A stretch of 32,000 nucleotides of DNA from Candidatus Saccharimonadota bacterium (GTDB lineage Bacteria; Patescibacteriota; Gracilibacteria; UBA1369; 2-02-FULL-48-14): NCBI GenBank assembly GCA_016699145.1, contig CP064962.1:120001-152000 (forward strand), written 5' to 3'. Under the pieces are notes generated by a model. It searched no databases, was not told the origin of the DNA, and worked only from the letters and a program-made list of their open reading frames with translations. Within the stretch, counting starts at the first letter, position 1; each line of letters starts with the position of its first letter. A program made the position numbers and the translations under genes. Positions 24,810-32,000 of the stretch are shown one piece after another.

Positions 24810-25202
24810 ATGAAAAGCATCAATCGAGTAACCTTCCTTGGTTACATAGTAGCAGACCCCGAGGTTAAAACCACCAAAAATAAAAAACGGGTCTCTTCTT
24901 TTGTGATCGCGACCAACAACGAATGGTTCGACAGTGAAGGAGAACTCAAAAAAAGCGTGGATTTTCACCGTGTAGTGGCCTGGGATCACTTGGCTGAACT
25001 CAGTGGAAAGCACCTGCGCAAAGGGTCTCCTATTTTCTTAGAAGGACGTTTGACCAATCGTTCTTACGAAGGAAAGGATAAAATCACTCACTACATCACA
25101 GAAGTAGTGGCCAACACCATCACCATTTTACAGTGGCAAAAAGAACGAGTTCACACCGAAGAGCTCAGTAACCAAGAAGAAAAAGAGTTGGCGCTGGCCT
25201 AA
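24810..25202 (+). CDS. ssb: Single-stranded DNA-binding protein
   Basis: MKSINRVTFLGYIVADPEV...F.IATN, an OB-fold pattern, and an acidic C-terminal tail. Confidence 0.85.
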   Translation: MKSINRVTFLGYIVADPEVKTTKNKKRVSSFVIATNNEWFDSEGELKKSVDFHRVVAWDHLAELSGKHLRKGSPIFLEGRLTNRSYEGKDKITHYITEVVANTITILQWQKERVHTEELSNQEEKELALA

Positions 25203-25244
25203 AAAAAGCTGGTCTTTTTCTGAGGCAGCCTCTAGGCTGAAGAT

Positions 25245-26132
25245 ATGAAAATCAGTGTCGTCATCCCCACCTATAATAGATTAAAAAAGCTGAAAATTTG
25301 TTTGCAGCATTTGGAAAAGCAAAGCCTCAACAAAGCTCAGTATGACATTTGGGTGGTGGATGACGGCAGCACAGACGAAACCAAAACTTTTTTAAAAAGC
25401 TGGATCAAAAAAGACCGTTACGCTTTATTTCAAAAAAACCAAGGGCAGGGAGTGGCGCGCAACGCCGCTTTAAAAAAACTCAAAGGAGAAATCACGCTCT
25501 TCATTGGTGATGACATTTATGTACAAAAGGATTTTCTTAAAAAGCATTATGAATTTCACGAGTTTCATCCAGAGCTTCAAGAAGCTTGTCTGGGCCTCAC
25601 CGAATGGGACCCGAACGAAGAAGTCACTCCTTTCATGCATTGGATGACCCATGGAGGTTATCAATTCGCTTACGACAAACTTAAAGAAAATCAAAAGGCA
25701 AGTTTTTGGCACTTTTACACTTCCAATTTGTCTTTAAAAACCGCTCTTTTAAAAAAGCAAAATTTCAACCCTAGCTTCAAAGGTTACGGCTGGGAAGACA
25801 TCGAAATCGCTTATCGTCTTGAAAAAGAGGAAGGCATGTCCCTCCGTTTTACCCCTGCCGCCTTGGCTCACCACAGCCACCCCTTAAACGAAAACGACCT
25901 AAAAAGAAAAATGGAAAGTTTAGCAAAAAATGGAGCTGTTTTTGAAAAACTGCAACCCACGATTCGAGTCTTGCCACGTGGTTTTAAAAAACTAGCTTTT
26001 CATCTCATCGGGAGTCGTGCTTCGCTTTGGATTTTGAAGTTTTTTAAAAAAATCAGCCGCAAAGCACAAAACGGATATTGGTACGCTCTTTCAAAACGCT
26101 ATTTTCTCGAAGCCAGCTCCTTGCTAAAATAA
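25245..26132 (+). CDS. Family 2 glycosyltransferase
   Basis: ISVVIPTYNR...VVDDGSTDET...FIGDD; the GT-A DxD context is typical of GT2. Confidence 0.8.
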   Translation: MKISVVIPTYNRLKKLKICLQHLEKQSLNKAQYDIWVVDDGSTDETKTFLKSWIKKDRYALFQKNQGQGVARNAALKKLKGEITLFIGDDIYVQKDFLKKHYEFHEFHPELQEACLGLTEWDPNEEVTPFMHWMTHGGYQFAYDKLKENQKASFWHFYTSNLSLKTALLKKQNFNPSFKGYGWEDIEIAYRLEKEEGMSLRFTPAALAHHSHPLNENDLKRKMESLAKNGAVFEKLQPTIRVLPRGFKKLAFHLIGSRASLWILKFFKKISRKAQNGYWYALSKRYFLEASSLLK

Positions 26133-26147
26133 AACCACTCCCACGCC

Positions 26148-27551
26148 ATGCACAAAAAACTTTTTTGCTCGATTTTAATCCTCAGCTTGCTGCTGCTCAC
26201 CAGCGGCTGTGAGCGCAAAGGTCAAAGCACTCAAAACGGAGATCTGCCTCCAGTAACTTTGACATTTTACGGCCTCTTCGACAATGAAAGCGTGATGGAG
26301 CCCTTCATTCAAAGCTATCAAAGCGCCCATCCAAATGTGACCATCTTATATAAAAAATTCACCGATCCCGAAGCCTACATGAACCTGATCGTAAACGAGC
26401 TGGCCGAAGGGGAAGGACCCGACATTTTCATGCTGAGCAACACCGCCTTCCCTCAGCATTATAAAAAACTCACACCCGCACCCGAGAGCTTGGTGAGTGT
26501 GGAAAATTTCAAGAGCAGTTTTGTGGACATCGCCGCCAAAGACCTCATCATTCCGAATGAGGAAGGCCTGGAGCAAATTTGGGGCATGCCACTTTACATC
26601 GACACCTTGGCGCTCTACTACAACGACTCTCATTTCGAAGATGTTTTGCCCGCACAAGGGGAGCCCTCTACCACCTGGGAAGGTCTAAAAAATGACGTGG
26701 CTCTGCTGAATAAACAGGATCAAAGTTTTGAACGGTTCGCTCGTTCAGGCATCGCCTTGGGCCGTGGAGACAATATTTTAAGAGCCTTCGATGTGCTCGC
26801 CCTAATGATGCTTCAACACAAAACAAGTTTCTACACCGGTGATTACACGAAAGTGCTGTTTGGGAACGATCCGAACGCCCTCGCCGCTCTAGAGCTCTAC
26901 ACCAGCTTTGGACTGCCCAGTCAAAAGAACTACAGTTGGAACAAATACCTTGCAGATGCCGAAAGTCCCGAGCAAGAACTCAGCACCTTTGCCCGAGGAA
27001 AAGTCTCGATGATTTTTGCTTATTCCTATGCCTATGAAGACTTGATCAACGAAGTGAATCGCCTCACTCAAGAAGGGGAGGAAACCATGAATTGGCAAGA
27101 CATCAAAATCGCTCCGGCACCTCAAGTGAATGACCCCGAAACATCAGCGGAAAGTCGCATCGCTTACGCCAATTATTTTGTACCCGTGGTGGGAAGAACC
27201 AGTCCAAATTCAGAAGTGGCTTGGGACTTTTTACTGAGCATGAGCTCCACGGATTTGCTCAGAACTTACAACCAAAACACTCACAGGCCCAGCGCCTTAC
27301 GCAGCCTCATCAATGAACAAATGCAAGATCCCATTTATGGCGTTTTCGCCTCTCAAGTGGGCTTCGCAACCGATCTAACCATGAGTGATGCCAAAGCTTA
27401 CGAGACCCTGTTTTTAGGAGCCATCACTGACGTTCTAGAAACCGCCCGCGGCCAAGAAGTGCTGCTCAAACTTTCTAAAGACATTCAAGCACTAATCCCA
27501 TCCAGTGGAATCAAACCCACCTACGTGGCTCCACCCACTCCTGAGGAGTAA
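26148..27551 (+). CDS. Extracellular solute-binding lipoprotein (ABC sugar-type SBP)
   Basis: Signal peptide with lipobox LLTSGC. LTFYGLF...YKKF...GEGPDIFML fits the pattern of family-1 SBPs. Confidence 0.65.
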   Translation: MHKKLFCSILILSLLLLTSGCERKGQSTQNGDLPPVTLTFYGLFDNESVMEPFIQSYQSAHPNVTILYKKFTDPEAYMNLIVNELAEGEGPDIFMLSNTAFPQHYKKLTPAPESLVSVENFKSSFVDIAAKDLIIPNEEGLEQIWGMPLYIDTLALYYNDSHFEDVLPAQGEPSTTWEGLKNDVALLNKQDQSFERFARSGIALGRGDNILRAFDVLALMMLQHKTSFYTGDYTKVLFGNDPNALAALELYTSFGLPSQKNYSWNKYLADAESPEQELSTFARGKVSMIFAYSYAYEDLINEVNRLTQEGEETMNWQDIKIAPAPQVNDPETSAESRIAYANYFVPVVGRTSPNSEVAWDFLLSMSSTDLLRTYNQNTHRPSALRSLINEQMQDPIYGVFASQVGFATDLTMSDAKAYETLFLGAITDVLETARGQEVLLKLSKDIQALIPSSGIKPTYVAPPTPEE

Positions 27552-28869
27552 AGGGAGCTCCCTCTGCTTCAAAGCATTTTTATTCACACTTCCCTTCCAA
27601 ACGGCTTGTCTCATTTACGAAACAGCCTGGGGAAGAGGGTTCTTCAACCCTTACACCAGCATTTCTTTCAGCATTTCAGAAGCATTTTTATTGCTCGCTT
27701 CTCTTTTTTTCTTGTTGGAAAATAGGAATAAAGCCTTTCAAGTAGGGGAGAAAAGCATTTTTTGGACGCTACTCTTTGCTTTGACTTGCGCCAGTTTTTC
27801 ACTGCTCCTCAGCCCGCATTCCGATTCCCTCTTAAAATTCTTTTTGAGCGCCGGTTTATTGGAACTGCTGCTCATCTATTTTTTGATCGTGAACAAAGTA
27901 ATCAAGGTCAACACGATTTTTCGTATTTTAACGATAAGTCTGAGTCTTCAAGCAGTTTTAGCCCTTCTGCAATTCTTTCTGGGTCACAGTATGGGATTGA
28001 ATTTTTTAGGGGAGCCAGTGCTCAGTAGCGCAACCGCTCACTTGGCAAAAATAAATTTCTCCACTTGGGAATTTTTCCGTTCCTACGGTACCTTTGCTCA
28101 CCCCAACATTTTAGGGGGATTTTTAGCCCTCAGCATTTTGGGCACACTCCTTTATCCGCCCAAATCTCAAAAAATAACTGTGTTGCTTTTGGGACTACAA
28201 ATCCTAGGCCTCATCACCAGTTTTTCAAGATCCGCTCTTTTCAGTCTCACACTCGCTCTCTTTTTTTTGGGCTACCGTGCCGTTCCTTTTCTCAAAGAGA
28301 AACGTCATCGCATCTTCACTTATTCGGCCTTCTTTTTAATCGCTTTAGAAGTGGGCATACTGTTGATTCATTCTCCTTTGCTTTCCGACAACGCCTGGTA
28401 CGAACGAATGGAAGGTTTCAAACGAGCCGCAGAGCTTTTTTACGCTCATCCTCTTGGAGTGGGGTGGAGCCTTGAAACTCTCTTTTTAGATGAAAATTCA
28501 ATACAAGAATGGATGCCATGGGACTACCAACCCACCCACAATATTTTGCTGCTTCTATTGGTAGAGATAGGGGTTCTGGGCCTCTTTGCCTTCTTACTTC
28601 TACTTTTCAAGCTCACGCAAAAATTGTTCAAACAAAAAAACAATTTAGGAACAAAACACGAAACAAGTAAAAAGAATTTCTTCCTTTCCATGGGGCTGCT
28701 CATGTTTTGTACGGGGCTCTTGGATCATTATTGGCTCACATCCGAATCCAGCCGCTTTTTAGCCATGACAGTTCTGGCTTCCATTTCACGTTTTTTATTA
28801 GACCCGCTGCCCATCAAAGCCCTCAAGTCCCCAAAAAAGTTGAAGCCCAATCTGGAAAACCCAAAATGA
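27505..28869 (+). CDS. O-antigen ligase / Wzy_C-like polytopic membrane protein (start uncertain)
   Basis: About 10 TM helices. ITSFSRSALFSLTLALFFL and the HPLGVGW / HNILL motifs are typical of the O-antigen ligase family. Only GTG 27505 (47-nt overlap with the SBP) preserves the first TM helix. Confidence 0.6.
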   Translation: MESNPPTWLHPLLRSKGSSLCFKAFLFTLPFQTACLIYETAWGRGFFNPYTSISFSISEAFLLLASLFFLLENRNKAFQVGEKSIFWTLLFALTCASFSLLLSPHSDSLLKFFLSAGLLELLLIYFLIVNKVIKVNTIFRILTISLSLQAVLALLQFFLGHSMGLNFLGEPVLSSATAHLAKINFSTWEFFRSYGTFAHPNILGGFLALSILGTLLYPPKSQKITVLLLGLQILGLITSFSRSALFSLTLALFFLGYRAVPFLKEKRHRIFTYSAFFLIALEVGILLIHSPLLSDNAWYERMEGFKRAAELFYAHPLGVGWSLETLFLDENSIQEWMPWDYQPTHNILLLLLVEIGVLGLFAFLLLLFKLTQKLFKQKNNLGTKHETSKKNFFLSMGLLMFCTGLLDHYWLTSESSRFLAMTVLASISRFLLDPLPIKALKSPKKLKPNLENPK

Positions 28870-29761
28870 AATCCTTCGCCTCCAAGGGCTTTTTCCCTTC
28901 CAATTGCAAGCGAGTGAGTTTCAAATCTCCCTTTTGAGTTCCCACATAAAAGGCAAAATCACGATAGCTCAGCTCGCCCGGTTGAAGGGATAAAGTGGAA
29001 CTTTTTTCCAAACCCAAAAACTTAAGCCTCTGCCCTTGATGAGTGGTCCAAAGTCCCGGCCACGGAGTGTAAGCGCGAAACTGACGCAGCAGGGTTTCAG
29101 CATCTTTATGAAAGTCCACAGAGGCATCTTCCTTTTTTATTTTGGAGCTATACGTCGCTGCGGCTGGATCTTGTTCCTCAAAAACCAAACGTTCTTTCAA
29201 TTGGAGCAAATCCTCAGGAATGCGCTCCGCCGCCAAAGACCCGAGCGCATCGAACAAATCTTCACTGTTCATGGTGGCCTCAATATCAAAAGGGTGCTTA
29301 AAAGCGACAGGACCTTCATCCATTTTTTCAGTCATCTTCATGAGCGAAAGACCCGTTTGTTTCTGCCCATCCAAAAGAGCCGCTTGTATGGGAGCTGCTC
29401 CACGGTATAAAGGCAACAAAGATGCATGTACGTTCAAAGGAGCCAAGCGAGGAAGCTCAAGCCAATCGCTCGATAAAATTTGACCATAGGCAAAAGTGAG
29501 CAAAAAATCCGGCGGATCTTTTTTTAGAAAATCCAAAAGTTCTTTAGCTTCCGAAAGCCGAGGCATTTGATGAACCAAAATGCCCTCCGTTTCCGCCACA
29601 AGCTTCGTTTCAGGAGCCGTCAAAAGCTGTCCTCTCCCTGCAGGCTTATCAGGCTGACAAAAAAGACCCATGATTTCAAAACGCTTATCCTTCAATAAAG
29701 CACGAAACAAAGGCAAACTGATGGGACTGCTGGAAAAGAAAAGAAGACGAAGAGGATTCAT
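28823..29761 (-). CDS. fmt: Methionyl-tRNA formyltransferase
   Basis: MNPLRLLFFSSSPISLPLF..L, HASLLPLYRGAAPIQAAL and a C-terminal beta-barrel domain. ATG 29761 is preferred; the 23 codons upstream in the track ORF look non-homologous. Confidence 0.88.
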   Translation of the reverse strand: MNPLRLLFFSSSPISLPLFRALLKDKRFEIMGLFCQPDKPAGRGQLLTAPETKLVAETEGILVHQMPRLSEAKELLDFLKKDPPDFLLTFAYGQILSSDWLELPRLAPLNVHASLLPLYRGAAPIQAALLDGQKQTGLSLMKMTEKMDEGPVAFKHPFDIEATMNSEDLFDALGSLAAERIPEDLLQLKERLVFEEQDPAAATYSSKIKKEDASVDFHKDAETLLRQFRAYTPWPGLWTTHQGQRLKFLGLEKSSTLSLQPGELSYRDFAFYVGTQKGDLKLTRLQLEGKKPLEAKDFILGFPDWASTFLGT

Positions 29762-29806
29762 AAGGTTGCAGGGGAAGCGAAGCAATTGTAACATGAAGAC
29801 ACGTCT

Positions 29807-30220
29807 ATGAACGAAGAGAAAAAAAAACATCCTTACCTCATCATTCCGCAGTATCGAACGCTGCTTTATTTTGGCTTTGGCACAGCTTTAGCCTGGGGAG
29901 CCTGGCTTTTAGTCCTCTACAAATTGGACCCTTTTTTGAGTCCCAGTCTCTCTTTATCGCTTTTTTTCATCACCACCTTCATAGCACTTTCAGGAACTTT
30001 CAGCATCGTGCTGACTCTTTTAAAAAAATGGAAAAACAAAGATCAAATTTACTTCAAACACATCATGATTTCCTTACGCCAAGGAGTCTTGCTCAGCATT
30101 TGCACGGTGCTTTGTCTGGGTTTACTCATGCTCGGTTTTTTAAGAATTTGGAACGGCCTGCTTTTGGTCGCTCTCATCATGCTCATTGAATTTTACTTCA
30201 GCGGAAAAGACGAGCTCTAA
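29807..30220 (+). CDS. Hypothetical integral membrane protein (137 aa, ~4 TM)
   Basis: Hydrophobic helices throughout. Divergent from fmt, and its stop overlaps the lepB 3' end. Confidence 0.5.
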   Translation: MNEEKKKHPYLIIPQYRTLLYFGFGTALAWGAWLLVLYKLDPFLSPSLSLSLFFITTFIALSGTFSIVLTLLKKWKNKDQIYFKHIMISLRQGVLLSICTVLCLGLLMLGFLRIWNGLLLVALIMLIEFYFSGKDEL

Positions 30221-30879
30221 TCCAAATCACTCACCCAACGAAAGTGCGTGAAAGGGAAGAGTACCAATTTCACCTCTCCTTCAATGAACGATTCATCCAA
30301 GTAAGGGGAGCTGTTTTCAGAGCAACCCAGTTGCTGAAAACAACGGCGCGAATCACTACTTTTGATGCGATTGTCTCCCATCACAAAATAACTGTCTTCA
30401 GGAACTTCATAGGTTTCGGCACTGGAGCGATGAGGATGGGTGTTTCCAGTGTTTTCGGCATTCAAATAAGGCTCATCCCATTCAATAAAACGCCCTTCTT
30501 CATTTTTCAAATAAACCAACCCATTCTTGACCAGAATAGTATCCCCGGGCAGACCTATCACTCGCTTGATATAATATTCCCCTTTTTCAGAGTAAGGAGC
30601 TTGAAAAACAATCACATCGCCTCGCTCAAGCTCGGTCGGGGACCAGCCAAAAAGGTCCCAAACAGGGAAGCGTGAAACCAAAATAAATTCTCCATCTCCG
30701 TTGTAACATTCTCCATTGAAAGAGTTGAAAGTGTCACACATCGAAGGCCCATGAATCCGAAAAGGAGCAAATATAAAATTTTGTATGAATAGCACCAGCA
30801 CGACCACGATCACAATGTCCAATCCTATGTCCAAAAAAAAACGCGCGAATTTAAAATCTTTAGTCGTTTTTTCTTGCAT
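30217..30879 (-). CDS. lepB: Signal peptidase I
   Basis: N-terminal TM, GPSMCDTF (catalytic Ser box), YIKRVIGLPGD and GDNRIKSSDSR boxes. Confidence 0.9.
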   Translation of the reverse strand: MQEKTTKDFKFARFFLDIGLDIVIVVVLVLFIQNFIFAPFRIHGPSMCDTFNSFNGECYNGDGEFILVSRFPVWDLFGWSPTELERGDVIVFQAPYSEKGEYYIKRVIGLPGDTILVKNGLVYLKNEEGRFIEWDEPYLNAENTGNTHPHRSSAETYEVPEDSYFVMGDNRIKSSDSRRCFQQLGCSENSSPYLDESFIEGEVKLVLFPFTHFRWVSDLD

Positions 30880-30928
30880 AAGGGTGTAAAATACAAAGGA
30901 AGTCTAGCAAGAAAATATTCCCTCCACA

Positions 30929-31501
30929 ATGAAAACAGTGCTCGATCGATTCCTCTTTGGAAGTCTCCTGGATGAAGGAGAAAAAATCGTTTATGTCGCC
31001 CATATCCATCCCTTCATTGTCTATCCAATTTTATTCAAATCCACTTTTTTTGGACTCCTGATCCCTGCTCTAGGGTATTGGATTTTCCCGATGATGCCCG
31101 CCGTCTGGCTGGCCTGGGTTATTTTAGGAGGAATGATTTGTTTTTATCGGCTCACCCAATGGTACATGGATGCGTGGATCGTCACCAATATGTCGGTCAT
31201 CAACTTTGAATGGAACTCGCCCTTCAGCAAATCCACCAATCGCATCGAATTCGGAACCATAGAAACCACCACCAGTGAAATTCATGGATTTTGGGGAACG
31301 CTCTTTCGTTTTGGCAATCTGCAAATCGACAACGTAGCTTCCAATCCTATCGTTTTAAAAAACGTAGCCTTGCCCCAAAAAGTGGAGCGCATCATCATGG
31401 AAAATCAAAGCAAATTCGTCCACCACCAAGCCGTACGGGATCACGGTCAATTGAAAGAATTGCTCACAACTCTGTTGCGTTCGAACATAAAAAACGGTTA
31501 A
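30929..31501 (+). CDS. Membrane protein with a bacterial PH (bPH/DUF304, YdbT-like) domain
   Basis: Two TM helices are followed by a WIVTNMSVINFEW...IEFGTIETTTSEIHGFWGTLFRFGNLQI pattern, typical of bPH_2. Confidence 0.45.
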   Translation: MKTVLDRFLFGSLLDEGEKIVYVAHIHPFIVYPILFKSTFFGLLIPALGYWIFPMMPAVWLAWVILGGMICFYRLTQWYMDAWIVTNMSVINFEWNSPFSKSTNRIEFGTIETTTSEIHGFWGTLFRFGNLQIDNVASNPIVLKNVALPQKVERIIMENQSKFVHHQAVRDHGQLKELLTTLLRSNIKNG

Positions 31502-31525
31502 ATGCAGCTGAATTAAAGAGCTCTT

Positions 31526-32000
31526 ATGGATCTTGAAGTGATCATCGGATTAGAAATTCACGCAGAGATGAACACTCGCACCAAAATGTTTTGCGCCTGC
31601 AGCAATGATAATTTTGGCAAAGAGCCCAACACCAACGTTTGTCCCATTTGCATGGGTTTCCCGGGCATGCTGCCTGTGGCCAATGTCGAAAGCATTAAAA
31701 AAGGAGCCATCGCGGCGATGGCTCTCAATTGCGAAATTAAAAAACATTCCAAATTCGATCGAAAAAACTACTTTTACCCCGATCTACCATCAGGTTTTCA
31801 AATTTCTCAGTACGACGAGCCCGTTTCTGAAAACGGCCATATCGAAATCCTTGTAGAAGGGAAGAAAAAACGCATCGGCATCCGCCGTTTGCACCTTGAA
31901 AACGATGCTGGAAAATTGACCCACAGCACTCAAGGCACCTTGCTCGATTTCAACCGAGCGGGGAAGCCTCTCATGGAAATCGTCTCAGAGCCGGATCTGC
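31526..32000 (+). CDS. gatB: Asp-tRNA(Asn)/Glu-tRNA(Gln) amidotransferase subunit B, N-terminal part (runs off the window)
   Basis: Absent from the ORF track because it has no stop. Manual translation gives [27 protein letters not shown]...[14 protein letters not shown]...[21 protein letters not shown]...[10 protein letters not shown], the canonical GatB sequence. Confidence 0.9.
   Translation, partial: MDLEVIIGLEIHAEMNTRTKMFCACSNDNFGKEPNTNVCPICMGFPGMLPVANVESIKKGAIAAMALNCEIKKHSKFDRKNYFYPDLPSGFQISQYDEPVSENGHIEILVEGKKKRIGIRRLHLENDAGKLTHSTQGTLLDFNRAGKPLMEIVSEPDL

Noticed and set aside
29762-29830. N-terminal 23-codon extension of fmt (MFFFLFVHRRVFMLQLLRFPCNL)
   Set aside because: Fmt homology begins at MNPLRLLFF (ATG 29761). 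The extension overlaps the divergent gene starting at 29807 and looks non-coding.
1-32000. CRISPR arrays, rRNA genes, tandem or dispersed repeats other than the IS ends
   Set aside because: I found no regularly spaced direct repeats and no rRNA-like conserved blocks on visual inspection. The only repeats identified are the IS5 inverted repeats and the two IS200 hairpins.

Overview
The window is mostly a syntenic housekeeping backbone. A sampled 60-nt line in purC is about 53% G+C. Standard code 11 applies, because TGA, TAA and TAG all terminate well-supported genes. Backbone genes in order: MFS transporter (partial), MPG-family DNA glycosylase, purC-purE-purB, dcd, archaeal-type PEP carboxylase, a CxxC-x17-CxxC zinc-ribbon protein, a class I/II aminotransferase, an amidinotransferase-fold enzyme, type-2 ileS, a DUF360/holin-4 membrane protein, secG, a family-5 solute-binding protein, rplI, ruvX, pgk, ribE-ribH, ssb, a GT2 glycosyltransferase, a solute-binding lipoprotein, an O-antigen-ligase-like protein, fmt, lepB, a bPH-like membrane protein and gatB (partial). 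The gene content (archaeal-type PEPC, class-II-like PurE, CxxC-x17-CxxC protein, minimal rib and pur sets) suggests a reduced, uncultivated bacterium, possibly CPR/Patescibacteria-like. That lineage guess cannot be proven from this window. Two low-GC accessory islands interrupt the backbone; sampled 60-nt lines in each are about 28% G+C. Island 1 (~1.47-3.45 kb) carries a three-gene cassette: an XRE-HTH/Panacea (DUF4065) antitoxin-like protein, an 11-nt-overlapping small toxin-like ORF, and a membrane-anchored HsdR_N/PD-(D/E)xK-like protein. This is my best candidate for an undescribed toxin-antitoxin or defence-type module. Island 2 (~6.32-9.96 kb) holds an IS200/IS605 element with twin TTAC-loop hairpins. 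It also holds a large coiled-coil-rich orphan gene that is cleanly split by an 844-bp IS5-family element; the 16-bp inverted repeats, TA duplication and in-frame reconstruction are all visible. ileS and both IS transposases carry single-base frameshifts in A/T runs, which points to homopolymer sequencing error or real decay. I found no CRISPR array, rRNA or tRNA.
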